A stretch of DNA of 63,462 nt, filler included, from Kipferlia bialata (taxonomy: Eukaryota), in the NCBI GenBank assembly GCA_003568945.1. It is 3 parts of 3 records of this genome, joined end to end, with 100 filler letters (N's around TTAATTAATTAA, not from the genome) between each part and the next. Parts side by side here need not be neighbours in the genome. Positions count along the whole stretch, not along the records: positions 28,997 to 49,220 come from BDIP01000022.1; positions 49,321 to 63,462 come from BDIP01000027.1; 1 more part is not named here. One strand, 5' to 3'. The notes under the pieces were generated by a model. That model searched no databases. It had not been told where the DNA came from and saw nothing but the letters and a program-made list of their open reading frames with translations. Below, piece after piece: positions 46,201 to 61,000 of the stretch; position 1 is the first letter of the stretch, and each line of letters begins with the position of its first letter. The position numbers and the translations under genes are program-made.

Positions 46201-47632
46201 TCCAGCAGTGAGGCAGAGAGGGAGCCGGAAGAGCCACCGTACCATGTGTCAATGAGTGGAAGGTGGGTGGGAGATCATTGTAAATGAGGTACAGTGAGAA
46301 CATATCACTCCTCCACTGACCACTCAATTGATCAGTGTCAGCATCCATGGAACATGTGAGGGTGGTGTTTGCACTTGTTCTCACCCACAGACTCCGTACC
46401 CGGTCACCGACCTCTGAGCCCACTACCACACCCTCTGTGGCGCTGTCCCCAGCATTGGATACACACACAGATGGTGCCTCAGTACAGAAGGGTCCCATAC
46501 CCTATGACATTGATGAGAGTGCCAGGGGTATAGGCAGGACAGATGCACCTCCCCTAGGTCCCCTTGGTGTAGGTGATGCCACCCCTACTTCAGGGTTTAC
46601 CCGAATGATGAGTGAGGGAGAGGCTGATGGGGATTGTGCCACGGACGATGATGGGCCACCCCCTAGTACTAGTGAGAGAGGGGTAGAGGCATCCATACCC
46701 ACCACTGACATATGTACTGTAGATGGGTCACAGGCTATTTCCAGAGATACCCCTGTGCTAAGTGGCAGTGTGAGTGAGGGTACCTCCCCCTGTGATGTCG
46801 TGTTTCCCCCTGTCCCCTGGGAGGATGGGGACAGGCAGTTCAACAACCCATCAGGTACTGCGTTTATGAGAATACATTCCATTCTGTGTAGAGGGGAGTG
46901 CTATTGGCTATATCTACATGGCCGCAACAACTCTCCCTGACCTAATACTAATTCAGGCACATTCTCAGTCTTGCTATCCCGCCTTCGCCGTGCCTCTCAG
47001 TCTCTGTGGCAGTGTACTACTGGTATATTGGTCAAGCTCATTGCAGCCCCAGGTGGTACCAGGGTGAGACAGGCAGACACATCACCGGAACAGGTACAGA
47101 ACTCTAACTCTCACCCGATGTTGTTCTGTGTGAGATTCAATATACATTAGAGTGGGATTCTCTATGTATATGCCTCACCCCCAGGCTGAGCCCTCCCTAG
47201 ACCCCCATGACCCACTGACACTGCTGACATGTCCAGTGTGTCTCGGGAGGTAGGTGCATATATGTGTGTGTGTGTCTCATTTACATATATATGAATACCC
47301 AACCCCAGACTGAGCCATGACTGTAGAGTATGGGTCACCCCCTGCAACCACGTGTACCACAGACACTGCCTGAGGGGGTGGATCAACCAGCACAGGTATA
47401 TATATATGTGGTATATGAGTATAAGAGTGTACTAGTATGGTGCAACTAGAATCTATATATGTATGTGTCTGTGTGGGTTGGACTGCCTGAGGGGCTGGAT
47501 CAACCAGCACAGGTATGTGGAGCATGTAGGTTCTGCCGTCGTGATGCATATTGTCACACGACTGACATACTATACCCTCACCCCAGGACCTGTCCATACT
47601 GCAGGGCAGACCTCCCGGTATGCTATGAGTAG
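43298..47632 (+). CDS. Tul1/Dsc1-like multi-pass membrane RING-H2 E3 ubiquitin ligase
   Basis: Signal peptide, luminal domain and about 7 hydrophobic segments, including FSLWPLCQILKTARSRTLSPF..PRVWFLGY..RRN. C-terminal VWVTPCNHVYHRHCLRGWINQHRTCPYCRADLP. Confidence 0.78.
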
Positions 47633-47980
47633 TTGTCATGTTCCAACAGTGACAGTCGCAGTGCTTTTGCTAACGGTTTGTAACTGGAAGGGCGTCTGAC
47701 ACAGTGGAAAGAGACACGTAATTGTAAGGGACAGTGTACTTGTGTTATGGTTACATGTGTTTCTGACAATGTTGTATTACCTCCCATGCTGTTGTGAGGG
47801 ATGCTGAGTTTGCGGTATGCCACAGATTGGGCCTAGTGCACTCGTATATGCAGCGAATAGTTCATAGAGAAGGTGTATCATCGAGTCAGTTCTGGGGTCT
47901 TGTTTTTGTTCATCTCTGAACCCTCAATGCATCGTGCCCATTGACCTTGCACGTCGGTTTACGTCCTATACCAAGGTAGA

Positions 47981-49769
47981 ATGGGTACCTGTAGCTCTGT
48001 AAATCGTGACCCGGCAACAGACATTGAACATGCTGGTGATGCTGTTCCAATACCACTGACGCAGCCTGAAAACAGCAGGTATGGTGCATACAACATGTCC
48101 AAAGATATGGTCACTCACCCTTCTCAATATTGGTGTTCAGATACTCTCTGGTTGTATACCTCTTGTACCAAGGTCTCATATTATCCTGGTCCCCCCCCCT
48201 CCCCATCCTTTTTTTGCCCCCCCCCCCCCCCCCCCCTTTTTTAAATTATTCCCCCCCCCCCCCCCCCCCCCCTTTCTTTGAATTGATGTCTCTCTCCCCT
48301 CTTCTCATACCAGACTATGTTGACTACACCGCAGTGCTCTCCCTCCTGCCTGTACACAGGACAGCCATCTTAGAGGCATCACGCATTCCAGTACACACAG
48401 GGGTATGTTGGATTATGTGCATATACTAGTTGCATAATCATGTACGTATAAGTGGTATAGGACAGCAATCCTCGAGGCATCACGCATTCCAGTACACACA
48501 GGGGTATGTGTCCATTGTTACACAGACATAACTTATAGTTGTTGTATATATATATACATATATATATAGTGTCCATAGGACAGCCATTCTAGAGGCATCC
48601 AGAATTCCAGTACACACAGGGGTATGTAACAGATGTAGTAAATGTGAGATGTATATATACAGCATCCTTTTCCTCACCCTTAGGGCGTTGTGACGTCTGT
48701 GTCTGAGATTAAGGGTCTAGAGAGGACAGGGGCTGACACAAGGGTGGCCACAGAGGCAGAGAGAGACAGGGTATGCATACAAGTAGGATATTTACATATT
48801 GATACGTCTTTACATACTGTGTTGGTTTAGTCACCTATATATTGATGTGTGGCCACGGAGGAAGAGAGAGAGAGGCGAGGGTTTGTATACAGGTGATTTT
48901 ACAAAACAGTCTGACTTATCATGGACTCATTCACACTACCACCCTCGCACCATACCCTCTTTAGTGTCACACCATCATTATCTCCCTCTGTGTATATATC
49001 TGTATATCTCTATATGTGTGTACATTTCTTACATCTAGGTGTGCCCTGTACAGTGTCACACCTTCCTCTCTCTGTCTCTCTCTGTCTCTCTCTATATATA
49101 TTCTCACTACTAGGTCTGCCAGTGTGCCCTGTACAGTGTCACATCTTCCTTCTCTCTCTCTCTCCCTCTCTCTCTCTCTTTTCTAATATCTAGGTCTGCC
49201 AGTGTGCCCTGTACAGTGTCNNNNNNNNNNNNNNNNNNNNNNNNNNNNNNNNNNNNNNNNNNNNTTAATTAATTAANNNNNNNNNNNNNNNNNNNNNNNN
49301 NNNNNNNNNNNNNNNNNNNNAATACATATGTAGACTGATAACCCCCCCCCCCCCCTCCCCCTCCAGCTCTCTCTCTCTCTCGCTCCCATTTCGTAAACTT
49401 GAGTGTGAAGGGTCCCTCTCGCCTATCTCACCCTAGCACCAACAGTGCAGCTGCCGTGCAGTTTGGCAAGAGGGTGGTGCTCTTTGATGCACCCGAGGGC
49501 ATCCAGCACTCCCTCATGCACTACAAGGTACAATACTGATACTGATACTGATACACCTATTTTAATATATGTATTGTCTCTCATGCACTGCAAGGTACTA
49601 CCCCCCTGCTACCCCCCCCCCCCTCCTTACAGTTACGCCCCTCTCTCGTGTGTTACAGTGTCTTTCTTTTTCAACGTCTAACATGCAGCCTCCCACACAT
49701 CTTAATACACTTAATATCGCTCTCCCTTCCTATTATGTCTCCGTGGGCAGGATCTCCCCCATCTCTCCC

Positions 49770-49808
<39 letters not shown>

Positions 49809-51902
49809 TCTCCCTCTCAGGTCTCCCTGGGCAAGATCTCCACCATCTTTGTGTCCCATCTTCACATGGACCATGTGGCTGGACTAGTGCCACTGCTCAC
49901 ATCCATGAACACTAGGTATAGTAGATATGTGTCTGTTTGAGTATATACAATCAGGTCACGTCCAAGAATTCAGTGTATTGTATCAGTATCTGAACATATT
50001 CATGCCACATGTATATCACCCCCCAGGGCGCTGCACACCAGAGTCATTTGGATACATGTCTATCTGAAAGTATACATACATTGAGTTGTCAGTTCATATA
50101 TATTGTATATATCGTGTGTGCATTCCCACATAACATTAGGGCCCTGCACACCAGGGTCACTGTGATAGGACCCAAGGGTATCAAGGAACTGATGGACGTG
50201 TACTGCAGACTCACCTTCTCAGACTTTGCTCCATCCCTGCAGGTGCGTACGTATACACACATATCTATATTACATAATGAAATATCTTCCTGAACAGAGT
50301 TTCTGGTGGCATTTCCATCCTATCCTAGGGTCCTAGAGATGTTAGAGATGGTATGTAACACTATACTCTTCTCACCCCTAGGTCCTTGAGATGGAGGAGG
50401 GCGTGTCTCTGACCCACCCCATATCTGAGTCCTGCACCCTGACCACACACACCCTCACCCACGCCGTGCCCTCCTTTGCAGCAGTGCTCAGGGTTAAGGG
50501 TAGAGCAGCCATAGACATAGAGAGGTATATTCCCATATTGCGGTGTGGTTCACTACTATATACTGTATACATGCATGTCTTCGGGGTCAGGCGCAGGGCA
50601 GCCATAGACATAGAGAGGTATATTCACCCATAGCAGTGTGGTTCACTGCTATATACTGTATTCATGCATATCCTCGTGGTCAGGGACAGGGCAGCCATAG
50701 ACATAGAGAGGATCCGACTTACGTATGACTCATTGTACTTGGAGTGTATCTATGTTCAATTCACATATACAGTCAAGTGTATGAATAGTCTGTTAACAAG
50801 GTATCCCTCACTCCTTCATATATATGTATATGCATAAGTATGGTCTCTTTGTCTTGTCCCTCACCCCTTAGGCTCAAGACAGCCGGGTTCCCTATAGGCC
50901 CATTGTGTGGGGACCTCATCAAGTGAGTGTACATCTATGTGGTTACAATGCTATGATCCAGTGCTGTTGTAACAATGTATTGTAGGATTGTCTTTGCCAT
51001 ACATGTGTATTTCTACATACATTCACATACCGTCTGTCCTCACTTTCAGGCTGGGCAGGGTGACTGTTAACGGCAGAGAGTACATACACTCGGACTACAC
51101 GCAGACCAACAGGGACAGAAAGGTACATAGGCGCTCACTGTATACCCTTACTGTATGTTACCCTGTTTCTGACTCCTCAGGTTGTCTTCTGCGGTGACTG
51201 CTGCTGGGACACAGCCGTGCCAGAGCACAGGTATACATCATAACACATATATTCACATACATATGAGGATTGGCAAATCCGTTATAGATATAGGTTGAAT
51301 CCATGTATATACTATCCTGTTGTTTCTGCTTCTGACCCCAGGGCTGCCCTTGTACAGGATGCCATGGACTGTGACCTCTTGATACACGAGGCAACGTTCG
51401 GAAGGTTAGCATGTACACATATACACACTATCAGTGTTTTCTTTCGTGACCCCAGGGACATGGCTGCCAGGGCCCCTGGTATGGGCCACTCCACCCCTAG
51501 TATGGCAGGGTGTGCATCCAAGGCAATGCAGGCCAGGTGCATGGTCATGACGCACATCAGCAACAGGTATGTGTCTGTTGTAGTGAATATATGCAAGTAT
51601 GATACTACTACATTTCTATTATTGCCTACCTTCTGACCACCAGATACCTCCAGGGTCTCGAGAGGGATGTACCAGCAGAGCCAACATCTGAAGGAGGAGA
51701 CAACACGAAGTACTCAAAGTACGAGCCCCTCTTCCTGTCTGGCAAATGCTTCGACGCAGTGTTTGTGACAAGTGACACAGTCCAACACGGTTGTGGCATA
51801 CCAGGCGACTCCCCCTTGTCACAGTTCATACCCGATGCACTGGAGGCAGGGGCACAGGCAGTGTGTCTGGCCAGGGCAGGGCTCAAGGTAGCATTCTCAT
51901 AA
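47981..51902 (+). CDS. tRNase Z, short form (ELAC1-like); linkage of the exons 5' of about 49100 is uncertain
   Basis: SASVP..TNSA, LFDAPEGIQ, IFVSHLHMDHVAGL (HxHxDH), IGPKG, THAVPSF, GP exosite GFPIGP, FCGD, DLLIHEATF, GHST and MTHISNRY. Confidence 0.9.
49221..49320. other. Scaffold gap with artificial TTAATTAATTAA spacer
   Basis: N run with the same linker as 28897-28996. Confidence 0.97.
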
Positions 51903-52138
51903 CCCAAATAGACACATATACTAAGTTATACACACCAAATGACATCCAGTGTGACAAGATGTTTTCTGAATACTCTATTGAGCAACTACACACAGAATCA
52001 TCCAAACCAAGCTTCCACGCCCATATACGGGGTTAAAGCCAACACATAACACACACTATCAACTCCACACAAACAATGCAACAACCCGATACTCATAGGT
52101 CGAGATGCCGCACATAAATATATGTCCAATCATATCCT

Positions 52139-54454
52139 CTAGGCCTTGGCAAGGGAGAGAGCCGTTGTCTCGACCGTATCGATGTCTGTCTCTCCCATTA
52201 CGTCTCTGGTCATCCTGCTGAAGAAGCAGAGCCAGGCACGGTGGGAGGCAGCAGCGGGGTCGGCGTACCTGGGGGTGAGGGGGGAGTATTATATCATGCT
52301 ACTATACTAAGTGAGAGTAGAAGGATGAATGGAAGCACACACCTAGTGAACAAGGGACAGAGACACGCCCTGCAGCTGGAGAGCAGGGGTATCAGCACAC
52401 TCCTTCTGACCGTCTCCCTTCTGAGGTACCCCTCCAGGTCAGACCCCTGTGCAGCACCTCTCTCCACAGGTAGCATGGCCAGTATATCCATCTCTAAGGG
52501 GTGCTCACAGGCAGCAGAGAGGAGCTGCACAACGACATGTGCCGTACTAGACACCCCCTGGTCGGTACTGCAGCATAGCATCTGCAGGGAGGCACCCATG
52601 TCTGGGGGCACTATGGACACGGGTAGGGGGGCAGAGGGTGTCACAGAGCACAGTCTCTTGGCCAAGCCCAGGGCCTGGCCTCCCATACAGGGTATCTGGG
52701 CAGCTGTCCTGACACAGAAGGAGAGCAGCACCCTGGAGCATGTATCGACACCGAGGGAGAGAGAGAAGGCCGGGGCCAGCCTGGAGTAGAAGTCGTCGAG
52801 GAAGTCCTGTGTAGCCTGGGTCGATGCTCTATCATTCAGATAGGCCACGAAGCACGTTGCGATGTCCGGGTTGAACTCCTCCATAGTAGATACGAGGAAG
52901 GAGGCGTCCTCACCCTGGGAGTGGAGGTCGACGCACTCGAAGGCCAGGTAGGCTATGTAGCACAGCACAAGGACGGAGAAGGGAGCTAGGCCATGTCTCG
53001 AGGTGCCATGCACAAGAAGCCTAGGGGTAAGGGGTATAGTAGGGGAGACTACCTAGTAACAAGTAACAGAAGGCAATGTTCTCTTTTGAACAGAGGTGTC
53101 TATAGTATTACCTCCAGAATGCGAGTGAGAATGGCTCCGTCTGTGGTCTGTACTTCATGGGCACTGCCTTCTCCAGGGTGGCAGCGTTAAGTAGCAGCAG
53201 GACCTCTGCCTCCCCAGGTACCAGGCCCTGTCCCTCAGTCTGGGGGTCATGGTCTGGGGGCAGGTACCCCCTGCTGCCGTAGAGGAAGGCCTTGACCACA
53301 CTCCACTGCAGGTCGGTACTCTTGTCGGGACTGGGAGAGGGACGGTCGGCATCGACCTTGGGGTGAGGGGGAGTGTGAACACACACATACATATTTGTAA
53401 TATTCACACACATATATATATATACGTACATGCAATATGTACCTTAGACAGCGCAGACAGGCACTGGGTGAGCATCTCCACCCCAGTTGCTACTAGACTG
53501 GCACTGGGTCCACCCAGTAGCACAGAGGCCAGCACACCCACACTCTCCACACCGGCTGCACCCGAGGCAGTGCCTAGTCTAGCTGCTAGGCCAGCATGTC
53601 TGGGTAAGATAGACGTACATAGACATAATATAGAAGAGGTATACCGTCCTACCTAGAGTACAGCACGAGAGCATCCGCCGTTGCCTTGACGCATGCTCTA
53701 CATGTCTCTGCATTACCCAGTGCCCTACCAGAGTGGGTGTGTCTGACATCCCTGATGGACCTGGTGAGTACTAGGGCCAGCATCCTGGAGTGCCACAGGG
53801 GAGGGGTGTGCATGTTGGGGAGGACGGGCTCAACCCTGCAGTGAGTATGGGATATAGATATAGAGAGATGACTTGGTATATGCCCCACCTCGGGTGTGTG
53901 GTGACCACCGCGAGATACACAGCCAGACAGTGCAGCCTGGCGATGATGCCAGACCCACTACCGGGGGAGCCCTGGCTGGCCCACAGCAGAGCCTGGTGTG
54001 GGGACGATTTTCATGAAAGAGAGAGAATATTACACCAGTATGTATATATAGAAACTGAATATAACTGTACCCATACAGCAGAGCGTGGGGTGGGAGTAGA
54101 TCACAGAGTGGATGATGACGCCCCTCTATGACATATATGCTATATCCATACCTGAGCTGTCATTGAGTTGAGGACCCCCGGGGACACGAGGCTCAGGAGA
54201 GGGGTGACGAGGGAGAGGTCCATGTCTAGGACATTGCTAGGGGGTTAGGTATATACAGAGAATGCAGAGAGGGCTGATGTAGACATATATTCCTATACCT
54301 GAACGCACTCCCCCTGTGTGCGGGTCTGGACCTAGCAGTCTGTGCCACGTTGTATGTGTTTCCCGTCCTCCTCCAAGGCCCGCCAGGTGCATACTGCTCA
54401 GACAGGTGGTGGTGCAGGGGGGCGGCAGGGAGGGTCATGAAGTCACGGCCTGCG

Positions 54455-54497
<43 letters not shown>

Positions 54498-54540
54498 TTG
54501 GAAGGGTCATGAAGTCACGGCCTGGGGAGTAAGTAGATGA

Positions 54541-54579
<39 letters not shown>

Positions 54580-57500
54580 GTACCTGGGGGAGGTGGGAAG
54601 GGGGCCCTCCTTCTGAGTGCAGACTGGGTGCTGAAGACTGACAGCTTGGATGGTCTAGTGGGTAGGTCTGAGGTGGTGGCTGCGGCCTGGGTCTGACGCA
54701 CCACGGCATCGTACACAACCTTGGTTAAAGGGACTCTACACACTACACTATATATATATATTTGCAATAGACAGCGTACCTGGTGAGCGATGTACTTTGC
54801 CAGGTCCCCCCTGTCTGCACCGAGTGACCCCTCGCCCTGGGCCTTGTTGAGGACGGCAAAGAGGAAGTTACCTACCAGCTGGGGGAGGAGCTTGTACCTG
54901 GGGTCAATGGGAGAATATGCAATTTCTGGCAAGTCAGTTGTACTCACCTGTGGAACACGACTCCGTTCAGCAGCACTGCCGGGAAGCATGGGCCATAGTC
55001 CCCCCCATTGGTATGTGCCAGGTTTGTCAACAGCATGTATGCGGCCTCCTCTGCGTCTGTGCACTTTGGCACAGAGAGAGGGGGTAGCAGCATGGAGGCA
55101 GGGGAGAGAGAGGCCTCCCAGGGTGCGTCCCTCAGCTTGTCGACTAGGTACGACACGAGCGAGGCGTCAGGCCTAGCAGATATCTCAGCCACGGCCCTGG
55201 CGACATAGGAGGTGGGGGCATCATGGCACGTGGCAACGATCCAGTGCAGCCTGGGGTGGGTATACACACTATAATAGATATACTATCTGGTATGCCCCCA
55301 CCTTCTGAGTAGTCTCCTGGACACCCCCTCCGCCCCTGCTCCCCCATGGGTACTGCCCCTATCCAGAGCACTCTCACCCACTAGGGCATCAGCCCACAGC
55401 GTCTGCAGCACCCACCCGTACTGCCCCAGGCTGTACTTGGAGGGGTGGGTCTCATCGCACTCGGGACTGGTCTGCACACACAGTCTGGTGAGGACTAGCA
55501 ATATATCGATCAACTCGGTGGTCAGGGAGGGAGAGGGGGCAAAGCCTAGCCTGCACAGTCCGATGGTGGGGTGGCCGAGTCCACTCTCCCTTGGGTCGGC
55601 ACTGCTGACCAAGGGCCTGAAGGCTGACACCACCTCTGCGCATATCCTGATGGCTGATACCCTAGCAGGTGCAGCCAGCATAGGGAGGCATGACACCACA
55701 CCCCTGACTATGGGCACACACAGGGGGGGGCACACCATGCCTATGGACCTGGCCACCTCGGTTGATACCTGCAGGGCATGCACATACTCAGTGGGGGTCT
55801 GGATGGGTAGGTAGGGGGCAGCGGTGCGAAGGACAGACAAGGGCTGGGCTAGGGCCGCTGAGACGGTGAGGGGCTCGGAGTCGTCGTTGGCCTCATCCTC
55901 ATCCAGACCGGCCTGGGGTCAGGGACATAGTATACAGTACAGTTATAATGAATATATATACTTACCTGTGCCAGGAAGCATGAGAGTGCGTCAGTCGTGT
56001 GCTGTCTGATGTGTGGGTCAGTGTCCATCAGTAGCACCAAGGCCACAGCTAGTACCATCCCTAACTGATCCAGGGACCCATAGACGGCACTCAGCTTGTC
56101 CTCATTAGACATGTCGACACTCTCTGCCACTGACCTGTCAACACCCTCTAGCAGCACCTGTGTTGAGAAATATATATGTATATCTAGAGTAGTCATAATA
56201 CATACATGTATATTAGGAGCACCTGCCCTGCATCGGGTGCATCCACCAGGAATCAAAATGTATATCTAGAGTAGCCATGATATATATATGTATACTATTA
56301 TAATATTAGGAGCACCTGCCCTGCATCGGGTGCATCCACCAGGAACCCAAAGATGGCATCGATGTGGGCAAGGGCCAGGAGGAGAGGGGTGGTGGTGTCC
56401 TGGGGGTAGAGGCCATATAGAGCACATCATCACAACTCTCTCTCTATATATATAACAAATATTATACCTTTGGGGGGTACAGCAACAGAGCATAACAGCT
56501 ATATACATACAGGCCATACCTTTGCCACGACTGGCTCATCACAACTATACATACATATACATATATTTAGTATATATATGAAGTATATATCTCTACCTTT
56601 GACACCACTGGCTCTGGCGCAGGGTGGCAGGGCAGAGACATCATGATGACAACAGGACGGACATCCTGGGGTCAGAGAGTGACTTAGAGTTATATATATG
56701 TATATGAATATATATATACCTGCTCCTCGTCGAGTGTGTGTGTGTGGCAGGGGTATGCCGCATATGTCACAGACTGTACGGGTACTCTGTTGGCACTCAC
56801 TAGCAGGGTGCCGCAGAATGCCTTCAACAGCTGGGTGCGGGCGGCACCTGCGTTGTCGAGGGCAGCAGAGAGTACCTTAGGTGAAGACGTGGGAGAGATA
56901 CACACACATATACATATACACCCTACACCCACCTTTGTAACCCCTGGCAGTGTGTGTGGCCCATGCTTGAGGAAGGGCAGGCAGAAGGGCACAATGGCGT
57001 CACTGAGGGAGAGACCCCTGCAGTCTGCATACACCAGTGCCTCAACAGCAGTTAGTAGAGTACACTCTGCCCAGCAGTTGGGTGCAATGTCCCCACTGAT
57101 CAGAGGCTGTTTGGGTAAGTGGTCGCAGGTGATGCGCAGTCTCTTGAAGAGAGGCCACAGGGAGGGGCAGAGGTCGGGGCTTGTCACAAACAGCCTCACA
57201 CTGTTGAACACCCCCTCCTGTGACATGCCGCCCATGGGGTCTGTGCTGAAGGGGGTGGGGGAGTCTGCCATAAGTGGGTTTGGCACTGCTCTAGTGGGTG
57301 CAGGGGAGATGGGGCTGTCAGGCTGCGACCTCTGTCTAGAGGGGGGCGTACGGGGTGTACGGGTAGGGGGCAGATCGGCGCTGTCCGAGAGGCTGGGCTC
57401 GTCCAGGTCCCCACTCCTCTCTCCCTCTCTCTCCTCCCCCTCAGGCTCTCTGGCCTCCTCTCCCTCTCCATCCATTGGCATGTCAGGCCCCCTCAGCACA

Positions 57501-57994
57501 GTCTCCCTGAGGTTGAGTGTCAGTGTGACTATCCTCACCATGGAGTGGACCAGCGTGGCAGAGACTGCCATGGTGCCAGGCAGCCTCAGCCCTGCCCCCC
57601 CTCTGAACAGCTTGACATTGCTAGGAATGGCCTCCCCCTGCTCCTCCACCCAGTGTCTGACTACCTGCACAGCCTCACACACTACGGGGTGGGTAAGCAC
57701 CTCTCTGATCAGGGCGTCTGTGATTGTGGGGCATGTGCGCACCCTCTCCACCACAGCTGCCAGGGTGGACTCCATCAGGGGGAGGGAGCAGGGGTCATAC
57801 CTGGAGGGTCAGAGCAGCATATAGTTACTAATATACTACAACAATGAGCAAGTCTCATCGTACCTCAGGTATGCATCCCCCTCTCTCTCTGCAGCTGTTG
57901 TCAGGGGCTTGCGCTTGGCCTGCTTGTACCTCAGGGTCACACCCTTGTTCTGAGAGCCCTGCGGTAAGGATTCTAGCCAAGAACAGAAGCATTA

Positions 57995-58028
<34 letters not shown>

Positions 58029-61000
58029 CTTTAGCAAAAGCTGCATGGCAACAGTGTCTGCATGGGCCGGTCCAAAGAGTCTCCTCTCAGTAGCATACAC
58101 CCCCAGCCCCCTCCACACACTCCCAAAGGTGACACTCCCCCTCCTACACGATAGGGCCAGGCCTAGCTCTCTCCTCAGTATGGCTCTCACTGCCTCAGAA
58201 GGATGCCTCTGCATGCGGTAGGTCTGTCTCAGCACCTCCAGCATGGGGTCTACCCCTGCATGCTCTATCAGGCCTAGCAGCATACGGGTATACCCTAGCC
58301 ATGTCACAAAGTCAGGGTGGGACTCATCGACGGGGAGGCCTGGGGGTGAGGGGGAGGGGTGTGAGTATACATACACTCCAAGCTATAGGAAGAGTATTGC
58401 TATTACCACCTGCCACGTTGATTAACAGTGCCGGTGACACATCACTGGATGGCACGACTGCCCTAGGAGAGAGGACCTCAGTGGTGGTGGCACACCCATG
58501 CTTGGGCACTGGGAATGATGTGGCGGCAAAGGCCTCGGACTCATCTGGTGAGCCAAACAGCTCCCAGCTGGAGAGACACCAGGAGGGTGCTATGGCAGCC
58601 CAGGCCTCGGCTAGGACAGGGGCAACCATGACTAGCCTAGTGTGAGTAGTGGGGGGGGGGGGTAGTGTATGTATCTATCTATCATAGTATATATGTATGT
58701 GTTAGATGCACCCACCTGTGGTCTCTGCTTGTGTCCCCTTGGCACAGGGCCAGTAGGTACTCTACAAAGGCCGCAGGGGAGTCGCCCTCTCCCTCACCCC
58801 CAGATGAGATGGAGAGAGAGGGTGGTATGAGGCTGGCCAGGGGTGGGTGGGAGGGGGTGAGCTCAGCTAGAGAGGGGCTGCCCAGTTTGACTATGACCTC
58901 CTGTGCGGCAGAGGCCATGAAGTAGTTGGAGCAGGGCGCAAAGGCCAGGCAGATGCCCTCAAGGCGCTGCCTGGGAGGTGAGTGACTACATAAAGAGTAT
59001 GAATATGAATGCATATATAATACATATATATACCCACCTAGTGTCTATGAATGTCTGTGTCCACACGCTGCCCCCCTGCTCAATGGGTCTCTCCACCAGT
59101 CCCTCCAGCAGCACCCTCAGAGAGCTGAACATCTTGACACCCAGCTGATGGAGACCACCGGCGTGGATGCGGCACAGCAGCTGGTGGAACACATCGAGAA
59201 CCTGGGGTCGGTTATAGGGATCGTACATCTATCTATCCACCAATATATGTCTAGAGAGAGAGAAACATGTCCTAGCAGCTGGTGGAACACATCAAGAACC
59301 TGGAGGTGGGGAGTGGGATATATATACAAATATATATATTTGGAGAGAGAGACGGTCTACCTCTGAAATGCAGTTGTCGAACTGTGCAAACTGCATGAGT
59401 GCCGTGACGGCTGAGTTGACGACTGTGATGTCAGAGGCAGACAGGCACAGGGACTTGATGCGCTCAAAGAGGGCGGGGCGCTGCTCCTGGAAGGGTGAGA
59501 CGGTAAGGGTAGGAATACTAATACACACTCTAACCATTTATGTATACGTAAACACAATATACCTCAGTTGGCACCAGTACCAGTGGGAAGCATGCCAGGG
59601 CGGCACATATACATATGAATTCATATACATGTATAAATACATATATACTATACCTCAGTAGGCACCAGCACCAATGGGAAGCATGCCAGGGCGGCACAGA
59701 TGAGGGCAGCGTACTGGTGAGGCGGGTAGGACAGGTAGGGCTCGATCTCAGCATACAGGAACAGACTGCTCTTCTGCATGGCGGCCTGCACAAGCTGGGG
59801 TTAGACTATATCTATTTGATATACATACTTAACTATCATATCCAACACCCGCCATCTCCCACCTGGGTTGACGTGGCTGACCCGAGTGCCCTGGCCCCCC
59901 CGTCCCTGTCTGTGTCCTGGGTCTGACCGGTGCCAACGGCAATGTCAGCTAGACAGTTCAGAAGCACAACTCTGACGTCAAAAGAGTGTTCACAAACAGA
60001 AATACATGATCAATATCGTGCAAAGTACAGATTACCCCACCTGCTGTTGATGTTCTGGCTGTTCTTGCTGTTGATGTCCTTGGAGGCCAGGAGGGCCTGG
60101 ACCTGCTGCACAACACGCCCAATCAGACCTGGGGGGTCAGGAAATAGAGGATAAAGAAAGAAACATGTACATATAGGATACATGAGTATCTCTCTGACCT
60201 GGATCGTATAGGTCAAACTGTATGTATGAATTCAAATTATAGTAGTAAGTGTCTCCTGACCTGGCACAAATGCAAACCCGATGATGCACCGCCTGAGGAG
60301 CTGCTCCTCAGACTCTATCAGCCTCGGCTTCAGCTCAGTCTTCCTCCGCAGTATCAGCTCCACCACATCCCTAAAGACACCCACAATGTCCTCCTCGGCT
60401 ATGTCAAGGACCCTGGGGGTAAGAACAAAGAAGACATCCAATTCATGCATGCGTATAGAAATATACATGCATCGAATACAATTACCTAGCAGACAGAGAG
60501 CAGAAGAAGTCTGCCAGCATTGACAGGTAGGGCACCCTCTCCTCGACCTCGGTGGCACTCACCACAGGCTCAACAACACCCTCAAGGACCTGAGGGGTTA
60601 GAGTATTATGTATATGCTCAATGACAATCATATACACGTATACGGTGGGTATCTGTATGTATATATGCCTCGCACCAGGTGTCTGAGCCGTGTCACCCCC
60701 TTGGGCAGTCTCTCTGTGTAGAAGCGTCTGTTGCCCAGTCTGGCCAGCACCAGCTGGGTGCGGCGGCAGAACACTCTGGGGATGAGAGGACACACCGGAC
60801 TTTCCACACTTGCGCCCATGAATGAATAATGGAAACAACTTCAATGAATATAGATGTAATAAATAATTAGAATGAAGGTGAATTCACACTATATGTAACC
60901 ACGAATACCTGTGCTTTGCCCTCTTTGCCCACTTGTCCACAGTCTCATAGAGGGTGAAGAACCTAAAGGGTCAGAACCAGTATCAACATTTAGAATATAG

